From assembly GCA_043825615.1 (NCBI GenBank), contig JBDRRS010000007.1, forward strand, positions 1 to 32,000: DNA of 32,000 nt, written 5' to 3'. Within the stretch, counting starts at the first letter, position 1. Each line of letters starts with the position of its first letter. The position numbers and the translations under genes are program-made. Under the pieces are notes generated by a model, which saw only the letters and a program-made list of their open reading frames with translations, was not told the DNA's origin and made no database searches. Below, piece after piece: positions 1 to 7,782 of this stretch. This DNA comes from a bacterium. Lineage in GTDB: Bacteria > CG03.

Positions 1-3000
1 AAAGTCCCGCTGCTCAAATCAACAACATCAACTGCTGTGCCCTGTAACTTCAGGCCTTCCGAATTGAGATTGAAAAACTTGTAGTTGCTCGCGTTCATTG
101 TTCCTGACGAGGCAAAACCGTAATACCCGCCGCTCGCCGACGACGTGGATATCGTGGGCTCCGCCGGTGTTCCTTCCATAGTAATAGTCCCGCCGACTTC
201 AACATTTAGCCGTGTGCCGACGGTTGAACTGCTGAACTCAATTATCTTTTGAACGCCGGCATCATTTGACGACGAAACCGTCACAAAATAAAACGCATCT
301 CCTATTTGATAATCGCCTGTCTGAACCGTAAACGAAACGCCGCGGTCAGATGATGTATATTCTGAAAGTTCCTGCGCATTACTCGGAGTATCAAGTAACA
401 GCACATTCCCTGTTCCTCTCTTCACTGAAAATATGGACGTAGCGGAAGCGTCAGTGCATTTCACTTCCCAGAATTCTGTCAAAGTTTTTCCGTCACTGGT
501 TTGAGGACTTGAAATTGAACCCGTCCCTTTTAATGTTGAATTCGGCTGTGTCGCTGCTGAAACATAAAGCAGTCCGGCATAATTAAATGTCCCGGTGCTT
601 CCGCTTGGAATGTTGTAGTCGCCCCAAATTTTTGTTGTGCCTGTTGAACCGTCCTGATTATACGAAATAAGGTAAGAACCAGCAGTATCAATACCTGAGG
701 TTTCCACTTTTGTTGGAGAATATAAATTACAATTCTTTAAGATTAGTTTTGAAACAAAACCCGCCTCATAGCCAATATCTCCGCTTGTATTATTTCCCTC
801 TTTTCCTAATTTACAATCTACAACTAAATTGTCAGCAGAATTTCTTGTAAAAATACCATATTGAGAATTTGAGTAACAACTGTTATTAATAAAAATGTTA
901 TTGGAGCCGTTATTAAGTCGAAAGCCCGAAGAATTTGAGTAACACCTATTGTTGGACAATGTATTATTAAAACTATCGAATAGGAAAATACCGTGAAAAG
1001 TATTTAGGTAGCAACTGTTATTACTGATTGTATTACTATCGGAATTGTAATAAACCAAAATACCATATTCAGAATTCGAATAACAACTATTATTGATTAC
1101 AGTACCACTGGAACTACCGTAAAAGTAAATACCCGTTGCGCTGTTTAAATAACAACTATTCCCGTCAACAACATTAGCATTAGAAGTATTGGCGAAGTAA
1201 ATGCCAGAGGTATTTGAGTAGCAACTGTTATTATCGAAGATATTGTTGGAACTATTATCAACTCTAATACCATAGGAAGAATTTGAGTAACAACCGTTAT
1301 TACTAAGAGTATTACTGGAAGTATTAAGCAGGTGAATGCCAAACTGGGAATTTGAGTAACAACTGTTGTTATTCAGCGTGTTGTTAACACCATTGTTAAG
1401 CAAAATACCATCGTAAAAAGAATAACAGCTATTATTAGTTATGGTATTACTGGAGGTGGAATTAAAGAAAATGCCATCATATCCACCATTATAAATGCTG
1501 CAATAGTTTATTTTACCCATTGTTCCTGAACCATCAAAAGTTATTCCGTATTTTCCGGAACTATTCACTCCCAGATAACTTGCTTCTACATATTTCATAT
1601 TAAAGTTTGCCTCTGTCTGGGAGAGATTTCGGATGTATGCTTTATATGTGCTTGTGGCTGAAGTTATAACGCAGTTTCTTAAAAGGTTTACAACCTCCGC
1701 CCCTGCTGAATGATTTACACTCAAAGTGGAATTAAGTGTAATAACGTTTCCGCTGATTAAAGTTATTGTTCTTTCCTCTGTTGTATTACTTAATGAACTT
1801 GCGCCGATTGTTACAACATCTCCTAACTTCCATCCTGTTGAGTCAGTTGTTGTAAGCTGATTCTGTGCTGAATTTGCCTGAACTGATAATGTCGTCCGCC
1901 AGAAATTCATGCTGTTTCCCCGGACGTCAAAGACGCCGCCGTTCTGGACAATAATTCCATATTGACCGGCAGAGGCACATTTAATTTTTAGCGTTGAGAT
2001 GTAACCGGTATTCGGGGGCATTAGGAATTTTCCGCCGGTAACCCCACCCATTATTTTAAGATTGCCTGCTATGGTTAGAGACCTTGTGGAAACAGCCCCG
2101 TCAAACTGCAAAGTCCCGAAATCATAAACGGTAACGCTGGAACATTCTGCGTTAAACATATTGAATGTTACCGTGTGGGAAATCTCAACCACGCTCGCCG
2201 GATTAGGAGGACTCCCTTTATCCCATATCGCTCCGGCGGCCCAGTCCCCGCCCTGAATACTCTTCCAGATTCCTCCCTGCGGGACTTGCGCATGGGCCGT
2301 TGCTCCGTTTGAAAGCTCTGACCAGTTCGGCACTTCGTCGGCGTGCCAGATTTTGAAATAATATGTTGCGCCCGCATTCAATCCCGTCACGGTATATGAA
2401 ACCTGCGTCGTCGGGGAAACTCCGCTTGTGGATTTAATTACCTGGGCGCTCTGATACATCCATACGGGAGTAGAATATGTTGCATACTGTATTCTGAACT
2501 GCGAACCCGCAGGAAGAGGGTCCGTCCATCCATCATCTCCGGGCGCCGACCATGTCAAATCCACTTCCCCCTCACTTAAACCTGTATATGCTGCCAAATC
2601 ACTGACTGCTGCCGGGGGGCCCGGGTCACTGTCACCCGCCAGATAATATCTCATTGTGGCAAAGTCTGTGTCCCCCGTGGTTCCGCTGTTTGACACATAA
2701 CCTGTGACATACACTGCTGATGAAACTCCCACAGCCACACCTTTGACAGAATCATCGTAACTGCTGTCATAAGTAGCTGAAGAAAAAATTGTTGAAAGAT
2801 CGGCACTGTATTTCAGCGTAACATAATCGTTGTAAGAACCGTTCAACTGGTATCCCGCAACAATAACATTATTCTGCCCATCCACTGCAACCGCTCTTGC
2901 GGCGTCATTATTTATCGCGTTCCCATAAGTCGCTGAGGAGAGAACAGACAGAGCATTGTCATATTTTATAGTAAAAATATCTCTGTCGGCTCCGTCCCAT

Positions 3001-6000
3001 ATCCAGCCGGTAACGATAATATCGTCGGTGGAATTTACCGCGACACCCTGCGCCGAATCGTCCATGGAAGAAGGTCCCGCATGGGTTACCGAAGAAATGA
3101 GAGTATCTAAAATTGCGTTGTACTTAACCGTAAAATAATCACTGTCGGCACCGTTGGATGACTCTCCCGTGACAATAACATTACCGTTTGAATCAATAGC
3201 GACGGCATTCGCAACGTCGTCTCCGTTAGCCGCTCCATTCAATGTTTCGGAACCGAGGAAACCCAGCGAAAAATTGTATCTCCTGATAATGTAATCGTTA
3301 TTTGCCCCATTGTTCGTGGCGCCGACAACAACAATCTCGCCATACGGAGATATCGCTATTCCGTAAGCGGCATCTGCATAAGTGCTGTCGTACACCGCCG
3401 AGGAAACAAGCACCAGCGATGAATCAAACTTAATAACCCTGATATCCGTATCAGTAGCATTGCTTTCATATCCCGCAACGAATACTTCCCCCGCGGGAGT
3501 AACAGCCACGGCATAAGCGCGGTCGTGACCATGGGCATCGCCGTCATAAACCGCAGAAGCAATTTTGTTGCCGTTTGAATCATATTTTATTATTACCCAG
3601 TCAAAACCCGAAGCCCCGTTTGAAGATGCGCCTACCATATAAATGTAAGGCCCGCCTCCTGAAATCGTGTCCACTGCCACACCGTAGGCAAAATCAGTGC
3701 TGTTGCCGTCGTAGTCAGCCCCGCCCGCTGACGAGAAATTCCCGGTAAAAGACCCCGGTGCACCGCCGCCATCTTGCGCCCTTGCGCAGTTTATTGAGGC
3801 GAAGCCTGACTGATATACGCTTATGTCCGGCCATGTTCCCAAGTTGCTTGCATCATCATATGCTTTGATTGCAAAATAATAAGTTGTCCCTCCGTTTAAA
3901 CCTGAAACAACCCTTCCCGTCTCTTCCTGACCGAAAGTTCCGGGCGTCCAGCCATCGGCATCCATGTATGTCGAAACTCTTGCGTCGTAAAAATCCCAAC
4001 CGCCGGAGCCAATTACATTTGTAGCGTATTTTACAATATACCCCTGAATGTTTCCGCCGCCTGTCCCATCGTCGCCGGGCGCTGTCCATTTAAGTTTTAC
4101 CGTCCCCCCGGAGTCCCCCGTCAGCGCCGTAAGATTTGAAATCGCCGACGGTGGAGTGGCATCTCCAGTGTAAGTTACCACAACTTTTATGAAATCCGAA
4201 TACAGAACGGAAGGCGGGTCTCCAATCCCAGCGCCCCTCCCCACGGCATACGCATAGAGATAACCGCCGGAAATGTAATTTCCGAAATTTGAAGCGATGG
4301 CGCTGCTTAAAACAACTTCCGCTTCGCCGTCATATCCGTCAAGGAAAATCCAGGCGGATGAATTAAAATCCCAGATACGAATCTGCGTCGATGTGCTGTT
4401 GAACGCGGTATTATATCCATCCCATTCAACATAAATCTGGCTGATACTTGAAGTCGCCTCGCCGATAGTAAATTTACAGTTTAAAAACGACATATTCGTG
4501 CTGTAAATTGCCGAGGAGTGATACACATCGTTCGCCGAATCTATGTTTGTGTAATCCGTTATTTCTATCTGACCCGTCAGAGCCGGACCTGATGTCGGCG
4601 GGTTGGAGGTATCGACTGCATCGTAAGCCCATTTGTCTGTACCTGCGCCGGTGGTAAAAGTGTATGTGCTTGAAGCGGCGACAGCCGCAGGAGTAACATT
4701 CGTTGACACACCCGTCGCGTAATTCGTTGAAGTATCAAAAGAGTATGCCTTGAAATAATATTTTGTGCCGTTACTAAGACTCGTCACCAAAAGAGTTTCC
4801 GCCGCTTTCGCTACATTCTCGCACCAGTCTCCGCCGGGGCCGCTGGCCGCTCCGTCCGTATACGCTGTTCCGTCAGATGGCGCCGTAAAACTGTTGTTCG
4901 TATTTCTGACGATAAGTATTTTATCCAAATCCGCGTCGGCGGGATCAGTCCAGACGAGCGTTGCTTGTGTATCGCCGGGCGTTGCCGTGAAACTTGTCAC
5001 GTCCGCCGGAGGGGTGGTGTCGCCACCAACGCCAATATCATGTTTTGAGAGCCAAATATTATAAGTTGCCTCACCTACAGAACCAGTTACATAGACATTA
5101 CCACTGGTATCTACTGCAACTCCATAACCAGAATCGCTACCATTTCCAGAACCATTTATCGACATACTTGACTGCAGAACTAAATTTGAATTATACTTTG
5201 CAAGCCAGATATCGGAATTCGTGCCATTATCAATATTACCAGTTACATAGACATTCCCACTTTCATCTGTTGTAACTCCTCTACCATAATCCGTACTATT
5301 AGCAGCATTACGACCATCAAATGTTGTGCCTGTTTGATAAATTAAATTCGAGTTATATTTATATACCCAGATGATAGGATTATTTGGCTCACCAAAAACA
5401 CCAGTTACATAAACATCCCCATTATTATCTACTGTAATTCCATAGCCATAATCATTATAAGAACCCTCAATTGTTTTACTGGATTGCAGAATTAGGTTTG
5501 AATTGTATTTTGCAAGCCAGGTATTGAAATCTGATTCATAAACACTACCAGTTACATAGACATTACCATTGGTATCTACTGCGATTCCATTTCCAGAATC
5601 GTTACCATTTCCAGAACCATTTATGGTTGTGCTTGATTGTAAAATCAGTCCTGAATTGTATTTTGCAACCCAGATATTTTTGTTTGCTCCATAATAAACA
5701 GAACCAGTTACATAGACATTACCACTGGTATCTACTGCAACTCCATAGCCACTACTATTAGAACCCCCTACTGTTATGCTTGACTGCAGTATTAGGTTTG
5801 AATTATATTTTGCAACCCAGATATCTGTCTCTACTCCTCCAGAGACATTACCAGTTACATAGACATTACCACTGGTATCTACTGCAACTCCATAACCAAA
5901 GTCATCATTATTTCCATAACCATTAAATGTCGTGCTGGACTGTAGAATCAGGTTTGAATTGTATTTTGCGACCCAGATGTTATTTGTCGCCGATTCATAA

Positions 6001-6290
6001 ACGTGACCAATTATATAAACATTACCACCGTTATCTACTGTAACTCCATAACCACCATCACTGTTATTCCCAGAACCGTTAAATGTTGTGCTTGAATAAT
6101 TGAATATAGCATGTGCACGTGATATAAATATAAAAAGTAGAAAAACCAGGATGGGAAAAACTATCCTTGAGATTGCCACGCCGGCGGCTCGCAATAACAA
6201 AGAAGGGAAAATACAGCTATGCCTATCGGTAATCAGGGTTCTAATCCTTTTTCTTAATTTACCATATCCTGAAACTATTCTTTTAATCAT
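1..6290 (-). CDS. Giant secreted / cell-surface repeat protein, 5' part only (at least 2096 codons in window; the gene runs off the left edge). Domains in order: signal/anchor, 7-repeat SBBP-type beta-propeller, Fn3-like modules, second propeller-like repeat block, right-handed parallel beta-helix repeats
   Basis: Absent from the ORF track because no stop lies in the window. Hand translation of the minus strand from ATG 6290 gives MIKRIVSGYGKLRKRIRTLITDRHSCIFPSLLLRAAGVAISRIVFPILVFLLFIFISRAHA-IFNYSSTTFNGSGNNSDGGYGVTVDNGGNVYIIGHVYESATNNIWVAKYNSNLILQ... The same frame is stop-free in every stretch I checked (6290-5500, 4440-4500, 3840-3900, 3600-3720, 1980-2040, 1020-1080, 3-60). Motifs: GYGVAVDTSGNVYVTG...IWVAKYNSNL (SBBP-like blades), LKWTAPGDDG and DLTWSAPGDDG (Fn3-like), NNSCYSNSxYGI (PbH1-like beta-helix turns). 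Confidence 0.8.
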   Translation of the reverse strand, partial: MIKRIVSGYGKLRKRIRTLITDRHSCIFPSLLLRAAGVAISRIVFPILVFLLFIFISRAHAIFNYSSTTFNGSGNNSDGGYGVTVDNGGNVYIIGHVYESATNNIWVAKYNSNLILQSSTTFNGYGNNDDFGYGVAVDTSGNVYVTGNVSGGVETDIWVAKYNSNLILQSSITVGGSNSSGYGVAVDTSGNVYVTGSVYYGANKNIWVAKYNSGLILQSSTTINGSGNGNDSGNGIAVDTNGNVYVTGSVYESDFNTWLAKYNSNLILQSSKTIEGSYNDYGYGITVDNNGDVYVTGVFGEPNNPIIWVYKYNSNLIYQTGTTFDGRNAANSTDYGRGVTTDESGNVYVTGNIDNGTNSDIWLAKYNSNLVLQSSMSINGSGNGSDSGYGVAVDTSGNVYVTGSVGEATYNIWLSKHDIGVGGDTTPPADVTSFTATPGDTQATLVWTDPADADLDKILIVRNTNNSFTAPSDGTAYTDGAASGPGGDWCENVAKAAETLLVTSLSNGTKYYFKAYSFDTSTNYATGVSTNVTPAAVAASSTYTFTTGAGTDKWAYDAVDTSNPPTSGPALTGQIEITDYTNIDSANDVYHSSAIYSTNMSFLNCKFTIGEATSSISQIYVEWDGYNTAFNSTSTQIRIWDFNSSAWIFLDGYDGEAEVVLSSAIASNFGNYISGGYLYAYAVGRGAGIGDPPSVLYSDFIKVVVTYTGDATPPSAISNLTALTGDSGGTVKLKWTAPGDDGTGGGNIQGYIVKYATNVIGSGGWDFYDARVSTYMDADGWTPGTFGQEETGRVVSGLNGGTTYYFAIKAYDDASNLGTWPDISVYQSGFASINCARAQDGGGAPGSFTGNFSSAGGADYDGNSTDFAYGVAVDTISGGGPYIYMVGASSNGASGFDWVIIKYDSNGNKIASAVYDGDAHGHDRAYAVAVTPAGEVFVAGYESNATDTDIRVIKFDSSLVLVSSAVYDSTYADAAYGIAISPYGEIVVVGATNNGANNDYIIRRYNFSLGFLGSETLNGAANGDDVANAVAIDSNGNVIVTGESSNGADSDYFTVKYNAILDTLISSVTHAGPSSMDDSAQGVAVNSTDDIIVTGWIWDGADRDIFTIKYDNALSVLSSATYGNAINNDAARAVAVDGQNNVIVAGYQLNGSYNDYVTLKYSADLSTIFSSATYDSSYDDSVKGVAVGVSSAVYVTGYVSNSGTTGDTDFATMRYYLAGDSDPGPPAAVSDLAAYTGLSEGEVDLTWSAPGDDGWTDPLPAGSQFRIQYATYSTPVWMYQSAQVIKSTSGVSPTTQVSYTVTGLNAGATYYFKIWHADEVPNWSELSNGATAHAQVPQGGIWKSIQGGDWAAGAIWDKGSPPNPASVVEISHTVTFNMFNAECSSVTVYDFGTLQFDGAVSTRSLTIAGNLKIMGGVTGGKFLMPPNTGYISTLKIKCASAGQYGIIVQNGGVFDVRGNSMNFWRTTLSVQANSAQNQLTTTDSTGWKLGDVVTIGASSLSNTTEERTITLISGNVITLNSTLSVNHSAGAEVVNLLRNCVITSATSTYKAYIRNLSQTEANFNMKYVEASYLGVNSSGKYGITFDGSGTMGKINYCSIYNGGYDGIFFNSTSSNTITNNSCYSFYDGILLNNGVNNTLNNNSCYSNSQFGIHLLNTSSNTLSNNGCYSNSSYGIRVDNSSNNIFDNNSCYSNTSGIYFANTSNANVVDGNSCYLNSATGIYFYGSSSGTVINNSCYSNSEYGILVYYNSDSNTISNNSCYLNTFHGIFLFDSFNNTLSNNRCYSNSSGFRLNNGSNNIFINNSCYSNSQYGIFTRNSADNLVVDCKLGKEGNNTSGDIGYEAGFVSKLILKNCNLYSPTKVETSGIDTAGSYLISYNQDGSTGTTKIWGDYNIPSGSTGTFNYAGLLYVSAATQPNSTLKGTGSISSPQTSDGKTLTEFWEVKCTDASATSIFSVKRGTGNVLLLDTPSNAQELSEYTSSDRGVSFTVQTGDYQIGDAFYFVTVSSSNDAGVQKIIEFSSSTVGTRLNVEVGGTITMEGTPAEPTISTSSASGGYYGFASSGTMNASNYKFFNLNSEGLKLQGTAVDVVDLSSGT
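760..1500 (-). repeat. About 10 tandem 66-69 nt coding repeats (parallel beta-helix turns) inside the giant gene
   Basis: Translated units: NNSCYSNSQFGIHLLNTSSNTLS / NNGCYSNSSYGIRVDNSSNNIFD / NNSCYSNTSGIYFANTSNANVVD / GNSCYLNSATGIYFYGSSSGTVI / NNSCYSNSEYGILVYYNSDSNTIS ... The recurring 'gagtaacaac' / 'gagtagcaac' strings are visible on the plus strand. Confidence 0.8.
5050..6110 (-). repeat. Seven tandem coding repeats of about 146-163 nt (propeller blades) inside the giant gene
   Basis: The core accagttacatagacattaccactggtatctactgcaactccata recurs at about 5082, 5238, 5401, 5549, 5703, 5850 and 6005. The copies at 5082, 5703 and 5850 are identical over 45 nt. Confidence 0.85.
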
Positions 6291-6336
6291 TTAAAACCAA
6301 AATCCCATTTTTTATTTTTCCTCACCATCTGGTAAT

Positions 6337-6366
6337 ATTATATACTCAATTACTCCAGTTTGTCCA
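6337..6366 (-). promoter_or_regulatory. Sigma70-like promoter of the giant gene (TGGACA-18-TATAAT)
   Basis: On the minus strand, -35 TGGACA is at 6366-6361 and -10 TATAAT at 6342-6337. This lies about 45 nt upstream of ATG 6290. Confidence 0.45.
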
Positions 6367-6375
6367 CATGCTTTA

Positions 6376-6390
6376 TGTCACAATGTGACA
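6376..6390. promoter_or_regulatory. Perfect 7-1-7 palindrome TGTCACA-A-TGTGACA just upstream of the -35 box
   Basis: Read directly. The centre is about 17 nt upstream of the -35 hexamer. Confidence 0.4.
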
Positions 6391-6522
6391 GAAGATACAA
6401 AATCCTAAAAGATAACTTTCGCATATAATTTTTTATAAATATTCATTCAACCATGTTCTCGCGTCCTTGACCCGAAAAATCAAAAAAGCAGGGCGCCATT
6501 TTCCATTTTCTTCATTTTCCGA

Positions 6523-6738
6523 TTATACTGATACCGGCGCAAGACTAAATACGCGCGCAAACTTCGTTGCTCTCCGGAGGTCGCCTTCTCGTAAAGATTC
6601 TCTCACCTCATCCAACTTTTGGGCATCTTCGAGAGAGAGATACGGCGACCAACCATCTCCCGTGTCAAGAATTTCCACATCAACTTCTGCGGCATACTCA
6701 CCTTCGCGCACCAGTTTAACATGATGTCTCTTTGTCAT
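6523..6738 (-). CDS. Small acidic partner protein of the DUF4258-like gene (putative antitoxin-like, 71 aa)
   Basis: ATGA start/stop overlap with the upstream gene (6735-6738). The sequence ...[53 protein letters not shown] resembles the small proteins I recall encoded next to DUF4258 genes. Confidence 0.5.
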   Translation of the reverse strand: MTKRHHVKLVREGEYAAEVDVEILDTGDGWSPYLSLEDAQKLDEVRESLREGDLRRATKFARVFSLAPVSV

Positions 6739-7073
6739 ACCCGCCTCCTCGTGAAATTATTCGTCCACATATTCGCATCTGGTCTATATGCTGTTACGAC
6801 TACGGCAGGAGAAGACGCACCTTTAGGAATTCCCCAAACCACATGAATCGGACGTGCATCTCTGTCTTTTTCCAAGACAAGAACACACGGACCCTTATGA
6901 TATTCAGGATAATCTTCTACCACAATCCCATTATTCACACCCGTTATTATATCTTTTACGAAAATACCGTCTTCTGCTATCTCATCGTAGCCATGATCGG
7001 AGACCTTAATCTCACGCCTTGCCACTAACTCTTTGATTCTTGCAAACATTTTCACTTTCACCGGTTTAAACAT
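6735..7073 (-). CDS. DUF4258-like protein (putative toxin component, 112 aa; alternative start ATG 7049)
   Basis: [60 protein letters not shown] matches the DUF4258 pattern (xSxHAxxxMxxRgIs..ev..vi..G.iiE.Yp.d...ps.Lvlg......piHvV). Confidence 0.55.
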   Translation of the reverse strand: MFKPVKVKMFARIKELVARREIKVSDHGYDEIAEDGIFVKDIITGVNNGIVVEDYPEYHKGPCVLVLEKDRDARPIHVVWGIPKGASSPAVVVTAYRPDANMWTNNFTRRRV

Positions 7074-7189
7074 ATCTATCGTTTGCCAAAAAGCAAATCC
7101 CGCACTTCCCCTTTTCTCCTTCTTTTCTTTCTACGTCATCCAAAACCGGAACCGTCCCCATTTTTCTACATTCCTCTCGCTGTATATAA

Positions 7190-7279
7190 CTATTTTGTGC
7201 GATACGGATGTTTTTTTATGTAAGAATTAAACCAGATGCCAAAAATTATCATTCCGATCAGCAATATTATAGCCCCCAT
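7190..7279 (-). CDS. Unannotated 29-aa single-helix membrane peptide
   Basis: Hand translation gives MGAIILLIGMIIFGIWFNSYIKKHPYRTK*. A strong SD (AAGGAGG) lies 6 nt upstream of ATG 7279. It is too short for the ORF track. Confidence 0.35.
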   Translation of the reverse strand: MGAIILLIGMIIFGIWFNSYIKKHPYRTK

Positions 7280-7366
7280 CTAATCCTCCTTCTCATACTG
7301 GTAATAGCCTATTAGTGCAAATGTTATAGCCATCACCAAACTCAAAACTCCTATAACTACTGCCAT
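7280..7366 (-). CDS. Unannotated 28-aa single-helix membrane peptide
   Basis: Hand translation gives MAVVIGVLSLVMAITFALIGYYQYEKED*. Its TAG stop directly abuts the ATG of the next mini-gene (TAGATG). No clear SD. Confidence 0.25.
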   Translation of the reverse strand: MAVVIGVLSLVMAITFALIGYYQYEKED

Positions 7367-7431
7367 AATTAGGATTTTCTAATCTTGTAACACATCCATA
7401 AAAACCCACACCGAAGCAAATTTTTGATAAG

Positions 7432-7641
7432 TCAAGATAATAATCTTTCAAACCCTGCCTCCTTTACCTCCATTCCCGTTTTCCACGTTCCCCGTTTTGC
7501 CACAAAAAAAATTTCCAATTTCATATCCTTTTCCGACATCACTCTTTCCTTCGCATAGGAGCCGAAAATATATGCCATTACTATTTCAGGTCTCGTCTGA
7601 AAATACTCTTTTAACGGCTTAATCCTATTCTTTACTATCAT
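7432..7641 (-). CDS. Short, degenerate MNT-type nucleotidyltransferase-like protein (69 aa)
   Basis: IVMAYIFGSYAKERVMSEKDMKLEIFFV keeps the GS motif of pol-beta-type nucleotidyltransferases. The expected acidic DxD strand reads KDMKLEI. No HEPN partner is present. Confidence 0.35.
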   Translation of the reverse strand: MIVKNRIKPLKEYFQTRPEIVMAYIFGSYAKERVMSEKDMKLEIFFVAKRGTWKTGMEVKEAGFERLLS

Positions 7642-7681
7642 GTTATTTCAATATTACTATATACTCTATTTAACTTCTATA

Positions 7682-7710
7682 ATTATATAATGAAAGAAAA
7701 GTTTTGTCAA
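7682..7710 (-). promoter_or_regulatory. Consensus sigma70 promoter TTGACA-17-TATAAT
   Basis: On the minus strand, -35 is at 7710-7705 and -10 at 7687-7682. This is about 40 nt upstream of the 7641 start. Confidence 0.55.
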
Positions 7711-7782
7711 TGTGCTTTTTGTCACAACTTTTAGCGTCGGGAAGCGCAATCTATCAACCGCTTATTTCCCTGAACGGCTAAA

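Noticed and set aside
1145-5275. Track ORFs inside 1-6290 (1145-1342, 2168-2377, 2956-3138, 3356-3583, 3856-4089, 4765-5064, 4994-5275, 6100-6294)
   Set aside because: All are antisense or off-frame relative to the single long minus-strand frame that starts at 6290. Their low-complexity translations mirror the repeat structure of the real gene.
5050-6110. Regularly spaced repeats of about 150 nt that might suggest a CRISPR array or satellite
   Set aside because: The period and the variable 'spacers' are in-frame coding sequence for propeller blades. There is no short palindromic repeat, leader or cas gene.
6331-7735. Apparent repeated intergenic element (AATATTA..TATATACTC and TTTGTC.A..TGTGCTTT..TGTCACAA) at 6331-6390 and 7652-7735, with weaker echoes at 28149-28177 and 31041-31070. 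I considered a MITE or mobile-element remnant.
   Set aside because: The shared blocks are the -35 (TTGACA) and -10 (TATAAT) regions of minus-strand sigma70 promoters plus AT-rich spacers. There are no terminal inverted repeats or target duplications. Only the TGTCACA palindrome is kept, as a possible regulator site.
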